From positions 21,265 to 85,264 of the forward strand of contig JAPOQA010000059.1 in NCBI GenBank assembly GCA_026710945.1: a DNA stretch of 64,000 nucleotides, given 5' to 3'. Shown piece by piece: positions 21,158 to 31,089 of this stretch (position 1 is its first letter; the number at the start of each line of letters is the position of its first letter). Source of the DNA: Chloroflexota bacterium. GTDB lineage: Bacteria > Chloroflexota > UBA11872 > VXOZ01. The notes beneath the pieces were generated by a model, which saw only the letters and a list, made by a program, of their open reading frames with translations, searched no databases and was not told the DNA's origin. A program made the position numbers and the translations under genes.

Positions 21158-21748
21158 CTATTCATCGTCGAGCATCTCCGCGAGCAGCGTTTCCATGGTG
21201 GTGATTGGCAAGGGTCCGATGAACTTGGCAGCGATCTCACCATCCGGCGTAATGAAGAAGGTTTCGGGAATGCCGGAGACCCCGTACTCGATAGCGATCT
21301 TGCCGTTGGGATCAGGCCCACTGGGGTAGGTCTGCCCGAATACCTTGCGGAACTCGGCCGCAGCCTCCTCTGAGTCCCACAGGTTTATGCCGAGGATGAC
21401 AACGCCGCGGTCTTGATAGCGCACATGCGTTTCCTGCAAAGCTAGCGCTTCGGCACGACACGGCGCACACCAGGAGGCCCAAAAGTTGATGATCACAGGC
21501 TGCCCTCGATAATCGCTCAGCCGCACCTCACGACCATCGCTGAGCGTGAGCGTAAAGTCCGGCGCCGGCCGGTTGTCCTGGCGAAGGAGGGTCGGCTCCA
21601 GATTGATGCCGGGCGAGAAGCCGGCCAGTTGCCCGCTCTGGGAAAGAACATAGAAGAGGAGCGCCAGCAGTCCCGCAACCATCGCGACAAAGAGCGGTAT
21701 GAGAATGTACCGCAGCGGAATGCTCCGCGGCGGCGCTGCTGAGCTCAC
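21158..21748 (-). CDS. TlpA/ResA-like membrane-anchored thioredoxin-fold thiol:disulfide oxidoreductase
   Basis: N-terminal transmembrane anchor and WASWCAPCRAE (CxxC) active site. Start overlaps the upstream peptidase gene stop (ATGA). Confidence 0.75.
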   Translation of the reverse strand: MSSAAPPRSIPLRYILIPLFVAMVAGLLALLFYVLSQSGQLAGFSPGINLEPTLLRQDNRPAPDFTLTLSDGREVRLSDYRGQPVIINFWASWCAPCRAEALALQETHVRYQDRGVVILGINLWDSEEAAAEFRKVFGQTYPSGPDPNGKIAIEYGVSGIPETFFITPDGEIAAKFIGPLPITTMETLLAEMLDDE

Positions 21749-22548
21749 TGCACGATCTCCCAGATGTGCTCGATCAGGTACGCGAGATCGTCACCGCGAA
21801 AGACGGCAGTTCGCCCGTCCAGTCGCTCCTGGCGTGGAGAACCAAAGACGCTCTGATCCCAGATCTGCGTGTTTGTGACGGTAACCTGAATCTCGAATGG
21901 TGGCTGCAGCGACCACACCGGCGGCGGAGAAGCGGCGGTTACCACGCCACGCGCCACCTCGCCAAGCTCCGCCCGCACCTCAGCAGGAGTGCGCAGCTTG
22001 GCGGCCTGAAAGCCAAAGCCCCACTTCGTGGTGCACGTCCGCACACCCGGCAGCAGGCCCTCCGCCTCGGCGCAGGCGTGATTGTCGCCGCTCACCAGCA
22101 CCACAGGCACGTCCTGTGCACCGCAGAGCGCGGCGTGGAGGCCGATCGTGCCCAGGTCCTGCCCATTGACCAGCACACGTGAAATACTCGGCGTGAGCGT
22201 CTGACACAGCACCGCACCCCACGTGCCGGCTTTGGCGGGGTGGCCCAGCAGCATAGCGGCATCGGCATTAGCAAGCTCGCCGAATCGCACCTGTTGGTGT
22301 TCGCCAAAAACGTAGATTGCACCGGGATGCAAGAGGTCTTCGTGAAACGGCACGAGACCCGTGGCATCGTGCACGACGATCTCCTGCGCACCGGCGTTCT
22401 GGGCTCCCTCAACGGCCGCCGAAATCTCGCGGGCCATCAGCCCGCGCGCTTCTTCATAGAGGAAGGCGGCCTCACTGTGCGGGTCTACCTGGTGACGATG
22501 CACAACGCCAGCGGTACCGGCGAATAGTGCGATGATGACAACTTTCAT
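21745..22548 (-). CDS. M55 family D-aminopeptidase (DppA-like)
   Basis: Collinear with Bacillus DppA segments (VxVHDxH..., LLGHPAKAG, VVLVSGDNHACAEAEGLLP corresponding to VLMVAGDDRAAKEAEELIP). Start chosen at the MKVVIIAL methionine. Confidence 0.65.
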   Translation of the reverse strand: MKVVIIALFAGTAGVVHRHQVDPHSEAAFLYEEARGLMAREISAAVEGAQNAGAQEIVVHDATGLVPFHEDLLHPGAIYVFGEHQQVRFGELANADAAMLLGHPAKAGTWGAVLCQTLTPSISRVLVNGQDLGTIGLHAALCGAQDVPVVLVSGDNHACAEAEGLLPGVRTCTTKWGFGFQAAKLRTPAEVRAELGEVARGVVTAASPPPVWSLQPPFEIQVTVTNTQIWDQSVFGSPRQERLDGRTAVFRGDDLAYLIEHIWEIVQ

Positions 22549-22636
22549 GGAATAGTCTCTTGTCGGCATCGCTGCAGCGATGCCTGTCTGCGATCATGCG
22601 CTACCCGGCGCGGTAACAAACTGCGGTACCCCGTGA

Positions 22637-23090
22637 AGATAGATTCCGCGCCCCCGCGCGGGGGCGAGCTTTCGCGGGAACCACCATTTCCCTATGTAAG
22701 CCACACGAAGAAATGAAAGTGGCGACTGGCTTCCTGAAGTCATTCCCATAAGTATTGAGTAATTCGCTGACAGATTCCGCTTTCCATTCTGAGGAGTTGA
22801 CGGTGCATGTCATTCCGAGCGAAGCGTCGAACAGGGTTCGCGGAATCTAGGGTCCCTGCTCAACACACTTTCACGGCCTCAGCACTCTAGATTCCTCTCT
22901 TCGCTGCGCTTCGTTCGGAATGACATGTGTACTAGTCATGTCTAACACTGCGAAAGGTTGCTCTTGTTCTCAAATCTGTCAACGAATTACCTGACATGTA
23001 CAGTTCCGGCGCAGGCCGGAATCCAGGGTGTGGGCGGCGAGGATAGATTCCGCGCCCCCGCACGGGGGCGAGCTTTCGCGGGAATGACGG
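22637..23090. repeat. nested repeat structure: two direct copies of a 45-bp palindromic repeat (22637..22680, 23042..23090) flanking a MITE-like element with about 21-bp terminal inverted repeats (22806..22928)
   Basis: GATAGATTCCGCGCCCCCGCGCGGGGGCGAGCTTTCGCGGGAA occurs twice. The inner element runs CATGTCATTCCGAGCGAAGCG ... CGCTTCGTTCGGAATGACATG. GTCATTCCGAGCG-type arms recur at 47360..47400, 47470..47510 and 54895..54925. Confidence 0.7.
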
Positions 23091-23182
23091 AGTCCCTCGT
23101 GCTGTTTTCATGGCAATGACGGTTGAGCAGCGTAGTGGCGGCAGCATGGTCAAGCAACCAAGCAGTCCGCGTGATCGGCAGA

Positions 23183-24361
23183 CTACATCGTCGGCCCAAT
23201 TCGGTGGGGAGCGAATTCACGATGACCCAGGATTTCCGTTGCCGTGAGTAAGCCGTTGACGGTATCGAGCGTAAGGTCGAACAACTGCTCGCCCAACTCG
23301 CGGATGCTGGCCGTGCCTTCCAGCACCGGCACACCGGAGAAGTCGATGTTGTCCTGCATTTTCTCCACAGTCTGCGGATTGGCACACACCTTAATTACCG
23401 GCGCCACCGGATTGCCGAGCGGAGAGCCGCGTCCGGTGGTAAAGATGCAGACCTGCGCGCCGCCGGCCACCATGCCGGTAACCGATTCCGAGTCGTAGCC
23501 CGGGGTGTCCATCACCACCAGGCCCTTTTTGCTGGGGTAGTCGGCATAGCCGATCACCTCTTCCAGGACGGTCGTGCCGCCCTTGTAGATGCAGCCCAGC
23601 GACTTTTCTTCGATAGTCGTTAGACCGCCCTGAATGTTGCCCGGCGCGGGATTTGCGCCCCGAATCGACACACCCATCTTCAGCGCGTCCTCTTCAGCCT
23701 TGCGAACCACCCCGATGAGTTGCTCGCCGATTTCCGGCTCGCGCGCCCGCTGGGCAAAGATGTGCTCCGCGCCAATGAACTCCGCAGCTTCGCTAATCAT
23801 CACCGTGCCGCCGGCTTCCACCAGCATATCGGAGACTACACCGGTAATGGGATTGCTGGACAACCCGCTGGTAGTGTCGGATCCGCCGCACTCGGTTGCC
23901 AAGACGAGCTCCGAGAGTGGGAATTCCTCCCGCTGCATGGTGGAAAGCTTGGACTGCAGCTTCTGCGCCATTTGCGCGCCTCCCTGGATTGTCTTGATGG
24001 AGCCGCCGGCCTCTTGTATCACGATGAGCTCCACCGGCTTGCCGGTCTTGGCGATGCCTTCGGCAATAAGAGGCGCTTCTGCTGTCTCGCAGCCCAGCCC
24101 GACCACGATGACAGCCCCGACGTTTGGATTGCTGCCGGTGCCAACCATGGTTTGCACAAAGAGGTCCGCATCCGCCCCCAATTGACCACATCCGTATTGG
24201 TGAATTGTCGTCACCGCTCCGGGCACGAGTTCCGTGATGCGCTGGCCCACGGTAGACGAACAAATCACTGATGGCAGAATTGCCAGGTGGTTGCGAATAC
24301 CTACGCGACCGTCCGGCCTGCGGAAGCCCTTAAATGTCTCTGCACGTGCCACGGTGTTCAC
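23183..24361 (-). CDS. UxaA-family (altronate/galactarate dehydratase) large catalytic domain protein
   Basis: 392 aa matching the C-terminal catalytic portion of UxaA/GarD-type dehydratases. No SAF-domain small subunit gene upstream; that position is occupied by a repeat block. Confidence 0.65.
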   Translation of the reverse strand: MNTVARAETFKGFRRPDGRVGIRNHLAILPSVICSSTVGQRITELVPGAVTTIHQYGCGQLGADADLFVQTMVGTGSNPNVGAVIVVGLGCETAEAPLIAEGIAKTGKPVELIVIQEAGGSIKTIQGGAQMAQKLQSKLSTMQREEFPLSELVLATECGGSDTTSGLSSNPITGVVSDMLVEAGGTVMISEAAEFIGAEHIFAQRAREPEIGEQLIGVVRKAEEDALKMGVSIRGANPAPGNIQGGLTTIEEKSLGCIYKGGTTVLEEVIGYADYPSKKGLVVMDTPGYDSESVTGMVAGGAQVCIFTTGRGSPLGNPVAPVIKVCANPQTVEKMQDNIDFSGVPVLEGTASIRELGEQLFDLTLDTVNGLLTATEILGHREFAPHRIGPTM

Positions 24362-24499
24362 CCCCTTCCGGACTCTCTTGATGCTACTACCGACCTATCT
24401 AGCGTTGCATTCCTTCGTATTGTACTCTTCTCGTCAAAACAGTGTTGCCACTCCGCCAGGAGACCATTGCGTAACCCCGGCCGGATGCGCAAGTACTAC

Positions 24500-24890
24500 C
24501 CCCTCTCCTTGGGGAGAGGGCCGGGGTGAGGGGATTTCTGCTTAACCCGTCATCTTTTCCAGCAAGACCGATACAAAAGAGTGCAATTACGGGAAAAAAG
24601 CTCCCAGATTGCAGGAATCTCCCCCTCACCCCCGTATCGTGTCGATACGCTGTATCGAGTTCGGGGCAGGCTCTCGCCCTCTCCCGGCGGAGAACCTTGC
24701 ATAACCCCACTTTCAAGCAAGGGCACTCCCTCTCCCTGGGGGAGAGGGCCGGGGTGAGGGGATTTCTGCTTGCCCCATCCTCCTTACCTGCAAGTCCGAT
24801 ACGCAAAAGTGCAATAACGGGAAAAAAGCTCCCAGATTGCGGGAATCTCCCCCTCACCCTAACCCTCTCCCGGCGGGAGAGGGGACTTTC
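24500..24890. repeat. two tandem copies of a ~135-bp hairpin element (GGGGTGAGGGGATTTCTGC...GCAGGAATCTCCCCCTCACCCC) plus other repeat modules
   Basis: Unit 1 at 24500..24633 and unit 2 at 24728..24860 share a CCCTCTCC(T/C)TGGGGAGAGGGCCGGGGTGAGGGGATTTCTGCTT start and an AGTGCAAT(T/A)ACGGGAAAAAAGCTCCCAGATTGC(A/G)GGAATCTCCCCCTCACCC end. Each unit has about 20-bp terminal inverted repeats. Confidence 0.85.
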
Positions 24891-25274
24891 CCGTACCGGC
24901 AAGAGTTACGCAAAGGTCTCGCTAGGGAGAAAACGGCCGGATACGACGTCCGCGCCCAGTCTGTGCATGCGACGAGAAAGACTACGACATGGTTCGCTCT
25001 GCCGAGCGCTGCAAGTTGCACTCTCCCTTATGCCAAAGTGCTGAAGTTTGGGCGATACTGCACGGCTGAACCGCAATTCAGCAAAAATCACGCGCGCATC
25101 CTGCAGAATTTGCGGGTAATTTGACATTAACGAGCATGTAGCATACAGTGAATCCCTGTGCTACTGCACAATTTTGCTTGACACGATGAATGAGCAATTC
25201 CATGACACAGAATCTGCAAGCACGAATCGCCAAGTAGCTACGACTCTCGCCGATTGAATGAGGAGACGATATAC

Positions 25275-26897
25275 ATGCCCAGGATCATAATCTTTAGCGA
25301 AGATGCGCGTAACGCCATGATGAGCGGAGTTGAGCAAGTCGCCGACACGGTTCAAGCCACACTTGGCCCCAAGGGGCGCAACGTGGCGCTGAGCTACAAG
25401 GACAAGCTCCCTATCGTTACGCACGACGGTGTCACCGTTGCCAAGGAAATTGAGCTGGTCGACAACTTCGAGAATATGGGCGCTCAGCTCATGATACAGG
25501 CCGCGAGCAAGACCAATGACGTTGCCGGTGACGGCACGACTACCGCCACCGTGCTTGCCCACACGCTCATAACTGAAGGACATCGCCACATCGTCGCGGG
25601 CGCCAATCCCATGATTCTGAAGCGCGGTCTGGAGAAGGCCGCTCGGTCAGTGGTCGAGGAGTTGAGAAAGTCTTCCACGCCGGTAAGCGGCAAGGACCAG
25701 GTTACCGAAGTTGCCACTATTTCGGCTGGCGATGCCGGCATCGGTGAACTCATCGGCGAAGTGATGGACAGAGTGGGTAGAGACGGCCTTATCACCGTGG
25801 AAGAGGGACAGAGTCTTGGCATTTCAGTCGAATACGCGGAAGGGATGGAATTCGATCAGGGTCTTCTCTCTCCGTACTTCATTACCGACTCCCTCAATAT
25901 GCATGCCGTAATCGAAGAGCCATACATCTTCATTACCGACCAGAAGATTGAGTCACTGGAAGAGATCTTGCCGCTCTTGGAGCGCATGGTGCAACGCGGC
26001 GAGAAGAATCTGGCCATCATTGCCTTGGAAGTAGATTCCCATGCCCTGGCAATGCTCATCACCAATAAATCACGCGGTGTTTTGAATTGTATCGCGGTGA
26101 AGGTGCCTGGGTTCGGCGACCGGCGCAAGGAAACGCTGCGAGATATTGCTATCGTCACCGGCGGCCAGTTAATTTCTGAAGAGGCCGGGAAACGCATCGA
26201 GGAAGTGGAGATTGAAGATCTTGGCCGCGCGCGCCGGATTGTCGCAGATAAAGACACCACTGCCATTATCGAGGGGCATGGAGACGTCGACGAGATTGCC
26301 GCGCGTGTGAACCAGATCAAGTCGCGGTTGAAGGATGGCGCCCCTGAATTCGATCGCGAAAAGCTGGAGGAGCGCGTAGCCAAACTCTCCGGCGGCGTAG
26401 CAGTGATTCACGTGGGCGCAGCCACCGAGATTGAGTTGAAGGAGAGGAAAGACCGCATTGACGATGCGCTTTCAGCCACGCGCGCCGCAGTCGAGGAGGG
26501 CATTGTGCCTGGCGGCGGGATTGCCCTCATTAACGCGGCGTCCGGCCTGGATCGCCTGCGATTGAAAGGCGATGAAGCGGTGGCGATACCGGTAATGCGC
26601 AAGGCCTTGGGAGCGCCGCTCAAGCGCATCGCCCACAACGCTGGACTGGATGACGCGGTTATTGCCCAAGACGTGCAGCGTTTGGCGAAGAACCGGCGCA
26701 ACAAGAATACGGGCTATAATGTGCTGACCGGTGAGTACGTGGACATGATAGAGGCGGGGATTATCGACCCCCTCAAAGTGGCGCGCTCAGCAGTCGAAAA
26801 TGCGACCTCGGTTGCTTCGATGGTGCTCACTACTGAGGCGCTGGTCGCCGACGTGCCGAAGGAAGATGTCGAAGTTGAGGGCACGCCTGAGTTTTAG
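25275..26897 (+). CDS. groEL: chaperonin GroEL (Cpn60)
   Basis: ATG at 25275 follows a GAGGAG ribosome-binding site. Unmistakable GroEL sequence (AKEIEL, AGDGTTTATVLA, GGG hinge). No groES immediately upstream. Followed by a strong intrinsic terminator. Confidence 0.95.
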   Translation: MPRIIIFSEDARNAMMSGVEQVADTVQATLGPKGRNVALSYKDKLPIVTHDGVTVAKEIELVDNFENMGAQLMIQAASKTNDVAGDGTTTATVLAHTLITEGHRHIVAGANPMILKRGLEKAARSVVEELRKSSTPVSGKDQVTEVATISAGDAGIGELIGEVMDRVGRDGLITVEEGQSLGISVEYAEGMEFDQGLLSPYFITDSLNMHAVIEEPYIFITDQKIESLEEILPLLERMVQRGEKNLAIIALEVDSHALAMLITNKSRGVLNCIAVKVPGFGDRRKETLRDIAIVTGGQLISEEAGKRIEEVEIEDLGRARRIVADKDTTAIIEGHGDVDEIAARVNQIKSRLKDGAPEFDREKLEERVAKLSGGVAVIHVGAATEIELKERKDRIDDALSATRAAVEEGIVPGGGIALINAASGLDRLRLKGDEAVAIPVMRKALGAPLKRIAHNAGLDDAVIAQDVQRLAKNRRNKNTGYNVLTGEYVDMIEAGIIDPLKVARSAVENATSVASMVLTTEALVADVPKEDVEVEGTPEF

Positions 26898-26923
26898 TGA
26901 CAGCTCCGCACAATGAATGCTAT

Positions 26924-26956
26924 GGCCCCTCCAGCGCGGAGGGGCCTGCGTTTTCC
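26924..26956 (+). terminator. rho-independent terminator downstream of groEL
   Basis: GGCCCCTCC-AGCGC-GGAGGGGCC hairpin followed by TGCGTTTTCC. Confidence 0.7.
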
Positions 26957-27221
26957 CCCACCCCATCCCCGAACACTCAATCGCCGAAATTGTGCCTCCC
27001 GCGCGCGTGAGACACGCACGCGTTCGCACACGGCTGCGGCCCTGCACAGCGCCTGCGCCGGCTATTGATACCTTTCCCAAGATCGACTTCCCTAATCGGA
27101 ATTTGGCGTAGATTTAGGGGATCGCGGCCCTAAAGACAACCAGATTCGGAACGTGTTTGGCAAGGTCTGATGATACTATGTAAATAAGGACCGAATGTGC
27201 CGCTACAAAGGAGTAGAACTC

Positions 27222-27836
27222 ATGAATAGGCGGGCATTGCTGATTGCAATTGGCTTGATCGTCGTCGTGGTTGGTGGCGCGGGGGCTTGGTGGCTCGGGT
27301 CGCCCTTGTTTATCAACACGGTTGTCGAAGAGGAACTCCCATTCGAGATCCCGACCGCCGCAGAAATGGATGAAATGTCGGAGGACGAGCGTGAGAAGGT
27401 AGCCGCAGACGTAATGGATGCGGCGGCCAAAATGCCGGATAAAGAGATGGAAGAAGATATGCCGGAGATGGCGAATGACGCCCAACCGGTGGTGGTTGCG
27501 GAGGGCCAGTTCCAAGATGCCGACGAATTCCATAAAGGTACCGGCACTGTGACGCTCTACCGCTTGGCGGACGGCACGCACCTGCTGCGGTTCGAGGACT
27601 TCCGCGTGACCAACGGCCCGCAACTGCATGTATTGCTGGCGAACCATGCCGACCCTGTCAATCGTGCCGACCTTGAGGAAGGATACATCGATCTGGGTGG
27701 GCTCAAAGGGAACGTAGGCAGCCAAAACTACGAGATTGCGGCTGACATTGCCATCGACCCCATTAACAGCATCGTGATCTATTGCAAGCCCTTCCATGTG
27801 GTCTTTTCCACGGCTGCGCTTAGCAGCGGAAGTTAG
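27222..27836 (+). CDS. secreted DM13-domain protein
   Basis: ATG at 27222 follows an AAAGGAG ribosome-binding site. N-terminal signal/transmembrane segment, acidic linker, C-terminal about 110 aa with a DM13-like pattern (GTVTLYRLADGTHLLRFEDFRVTNGPQLHVLL). Confidence 0.5.
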   Translation: MNRRALLIAIGLIVVVVGGAGAWWLGSPLFINTVVEEELPFEIPTAAEMDEMSEDEREKVAADVMDAAAKMPDKEMEEDMPEMANDAQPVVVAEGQFQDADEFHKGTGTVTLYRLADGTHLLRFEDFRVTNGPQLHVLLANHADPVNRADLEEGYIDLGGLKGNVGSQNYEIAADIAIDPINSIVIYCKPFHVVFSTAALSSGS

Positions 27837-27996
27837 CTTGAAGTCGAATTCCATAACGGACTAGAATGCCAAGTGAAGGCTGCCAAGCATGTAAGTAAAC
27901 GGGTATCCCTAGGGGTACCCGTTCTTCGTACTTGCTTTTCGCAGCGATATAGAGTACCAGTCCATTCCGGGTGACCATGGGTGAGGTAGTGACCAT

Positions 27997-30735
27997 ATGA
28001 CGGAACTGACCAACGAGCAACAACAGGTAATAGAGCATCCTGACGGGCTGCACGGTAAGGTGCTTGCTGTGGCTGGTTCCGGAAAGACTACGACCATGGC
28101 GTACCGCATTAAGCATTTGCTTCAAGAACACCAAGTAGCCTCACACCAAATCCAGGTGTTGATGTTCAACCGGTATGCACGTGAACAGTTTATCGAGAAG
28201 CTCACCGAGATTGGAGTGTCCGAAGGGCAGCAGCCTCCAGTCCAGACTTTCCATGGCTATTCGTATGGGGTGATAAATACTTTAGGATACCGTACTTGGA
28301 TTGGTGACTCCGAGGGGCTTGCCCATTTGGCTCTAAAAAAAGCCATCTCCCAGGTGTGCCGAACAAAGAGACTGGATGAGGACGAAATTGATGTTGCTGA
28401 GGCTGGGCTTGCGATTGGTCTGTGGAAGGGAACTTTGACCCCTCCGTCTCAAGCAGGTTACCACGGTGAAGGCGGTGACAATTACATAGCGGTGTACAAG
28501 GAGTATGAAGAGATTCGGCTAAGCGACAATGCCATTACGTACGATGACTTCGTTCCCTTAGCACTAAGCGCACTCGAAAAGGATAATCTGTCGCGGCAAT
28601 CGACATCAAATAAGCTGCGATACATAATCGTGGACGAATACCAAGACGTCAACTTTGGTCAACAGAAGCTAATTGAGTTCTTGGCCAGAGATGGAGCCGA
28701 CATAATGGTGGTAGGCGATGACGACCAGACGATCTATGAGTGGCGGGGAGCGCGCAGCGATTTCATACTTGGCGGATTCGAGAATGTATTTGATAACAAG
28801 CGGCATCGCGCCTATACACTGACTAACTCCTTCCGATTTGGCTATAGCATCGCGCAGTCAAGCTACAATGTAATCCTCCACAATGCGAGCCGCTACAACA
28901 AAGACTTGATTACCAATGATCCAGCAGACGACAGCAAGGTAACTCTCATTACTGATCGAGAGGATCAAGGAGAGAGTGCCAATCGACTACTAGCGGAAGA
29001 GATCGTTTCTCTGGTAAAAGACAAGGGAGTCGCTCCTTCTGAGATTCGGGTACTGGGCCGCACCTACTCCCAGCTAAACTCAATCTCCATGGAATTCTTG
29101 ACTAAGCAGATACCTTTCAAGGTGATTGGACGCGCTCCATTCTTGCAGGAAGGTGAGTGCCAAGCACTCCTCAATTACGTACGCCTCGGTGCAAGCATGA
29201 ATGAGGTCCTCAATTCTGCCGCTAGTCAACAGTTTCTAGGTGTCGCCAACAAGCCTAGGCGGTTTCTCTTGCGAAGAGATGTAGAACGAATGCTGAATTC
29301 TGGACAACAAAGAGAAATGAGTCTAGGAGATTTGCTTTGGGAGACGATACAGGACAAATCGCAGTTCTCTCGAGGTACCGCCAAAGAGAACCTAGAAGAC
29401 CTGACATCGATTCTGGAAGACATTCACCGCCGATTACATAGAGACGGTAAGCTCGCCCCGGCCAGTCAAATACTTGAGTGGATAGACAAAGAAGTGGGGT
29501 TTCGACAACATTACTCGGACTATTACGGCCATGATGTAGAGGCACTTTCACGCATGGAGACAGTGAAGGCATTCATTTCCTATGCAAAGTGGATTGAATT
29601 GGATTGGATTCAGTTCATTGGTCATGTGGACAATACCGATACAACCCTAGGCCGACCCGATCACGAATGCATCAAGATGTCGACTATCCACAGCGTCAAG
29701 GGGCTAGAGTTCAAATACGTCATTATTCCCGATTGTAAGGAAAGGCACTTGCCTGTGATAGGCAAGAATGACAATCCAACTTACCACAGGGATGATCCAA
29801 AACGTACGCCGAAGCCATCGGAATGGCTTGAAAACGAGCGGCGATTGTTCTATGTCGCGGCAACACGGGCGAGCAGCGAGATATTCATTGGTGCTCCTGC
29901 ACTGTTGGGAAAAAGTGAAAAGAATCCAGAAGAAGGGCAGGACGATCGACCGAAGTCCTCACGGTTCTTGGAAGAGATGGAACTGGATCCGACTCAGGCA
30001 GTGGCAGCCGAGTTGGTGCGAGCGGCCCGAGGCGACCGCAACAATAAGCTAACGGAAGTCTGCCAACGTTTTTCAGGCTACCATCATATTGTTACACCAC
30101 TGAAGACACTTTATTTGCAAAAACTACCTACGTGGGTCCAAGAACCGCTGCAAAGTGTCAAGACTACAGTGGCACGGGTGTTTGGATACAAACAGGAGTA
30201 CGACGATCCCATTGAGCGCACCCGATTAAGGCCCAAGCTGCCGGAAGGCGCAGGCGGCACAGCGGCCGACATGGGAGAAGAACAAGCAAGCGTGACGTTT
30301 GAAGAAGGTGTGCGCGGGTTGCTTGGCCGCGATATATCGGCGGCTGAGTTGCGCGTGGCACGATTGCTGGCGAATCAACAGGATGGTGCCTATTATGTAG
30401 ACGGCGAGAAAGCCGTGCGTTTTGAGGGCGACCGCGTGCCGTATGCGATTGGTCAGGATGTTGCTGCGGAAATACTGCGGCGGCAGGAGCATATTGATGC
30501 TGGCATCCGTCAGGGTGAGCAGGCAACAGGCGAGCTGACGGGCGATCAGTTGGCGTTTGCGCGATATGGTGCCCAGCGCATTGCGATCAACGAGTTGAAG
30601 GAAACGGATGCCGAGTTGGTGGCCTTGGGCGCAAGGGCGGCGGCTCGTGCGGCGAGGACGTGGAAGTTGGCTCCGCCGTACCATATCGAGCGGATATCGC
30701 GGCATGTAGCGCGTACTGACCAACCAAGAAGGTGA
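27997..30735 (+). CDS. UvrD/Rep/PcrA-family SF1A DNA helicase with about 260-aa C-terminal extension of unknown function
   Basis: Walker A AGSGKTT, DEYQD (motif II), GDDDQTIYEWRGA (III), TNSFRFG (IV), STIHSVKGLEF (V), YVAATRA (VI). First about 2 kb of the gene is about 48-50% GC; the last about 550 bp returns to backbone GC. Confidence 0.8.
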   Translation: MTELTNEQQQVIEHPDGLHGKVLAVAGSGKTTTMAYRIKHLLQEHQVASHQIQVLMFNRYAREQFIEKLTEIGVSEGQQPPVQTFHGYSYGVINTLGYRTWIGDSEGLAHLALKKAISQVCRTKRLDEDEIDVAEAGLAIGLWKGTLTPPSQAGYHGEGGDNYIAVYKEYEEIRLSDNAITYDDFVPLALSALEKDNLSRQSTSNKLRYIIVDEYQDVNFGQQKLIEFLARDGADIMVVGDDDQTIYEWRGARSDFILGGFENVFDNKRHRAYTLTNSFRFGYSIAQSSYNVILHNASRYNKDLITNDPADDSKVTLITDREDQGESANRLLAEEIVSLVKDKGVAPSEIRVLGRTYSQLNSISMEFLTKQIPFKVIGRAPFLQEGECQALLNYVRLGASMNEVLNSAASQQFLGVANKPRRFLLRRDVERMLNSGQQREMSLGDLLWETIQDKSQFSRGTAKENLEDLTSILEDIHRRLHRDGKLAPASQILEWIDKEVGFRQHYSDYYGHDVEALSRMETVKAFISYAKWIELDWIQFIGHVDNTDTTLGRPDHECIKMSTIHSVKGLEFKYVIIPDCKERHLPVIGKNDNPTYHRDDPKRTPKPSEWLENERRLFYVAATRASSEIFIGAPALLGKSEKNPEEGQDDRPKSSRFLEEMELDPTQAVAAELVRAARGDRNNKLTEVCQRFSGYHHIVTPLKTLYLQKLPTWVQEPLQSVKTTVARVFGYKQEYDDPIERTRLRPKLPEGAGGTAADMGEEQASVTFEEGVRGLLGRDISAAELRVARLLANQQDGAYYVDGEKAVRFEGDRVPYAIGQDVAAEILRRQEHIDAGIRQGEQATGELTGDQLAFARYGAQRIAINELKETDAELVALGARAAARAARTWKLAPPYHIERISRHVARTDQPRR

Positions 30736-31089
30736 GGGGAGTGCCTTTCCGGTAGCTGGTGTTCTCGATCAGCCTGAGGGTGGAGAGGTTTTGTTTAGCG
30801 GTCTCGGTCTGACGCCTGAATCGTTGCAATGGGCTGAAAAGTTGGTGGGCAAGGCCTACGGCAAGTGGTCTGAGTTGCCGCGTCGCGCAAAGATACCCAT
30901 GCTTCTACAGAACTGGCGCAAGGCATCCCAATAGTAGGGTTGATCTCCGTACAGCTATGAATGTAGTATTCGCAGCTATTGCTATGAATTACTGTAGACT
31001 TGCTTATGAGTTGGCGTTGCCCAATTTGGTGCAATGCCAAGCGCCGACGGTCGGCGCTCGTTTTGTACGTGATGCCGATTTTCACATGT

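Noticed and set aside
24399-24902. 167-aa and 172-aa ORFs (24399..24902 minus, 24526..25044 plus) lying inside the repeat array
   Set aside because: They are composed entirely of tandem or hairpin repeat DNA (translation repeats PLTPALSPRER... twice), so they are artefacts of repeat periodicity.
30736-31089. Possible small gene or alternative helicase C-terminus in the low-GC 350-bp patch after the helicase stop
   Set aside because: One frame stays open for about 65 codons without any start codon or ribosome-binding site. This is noted inside the helicase finding as a possible frameshift signature, but it is insufficient to call a feature.
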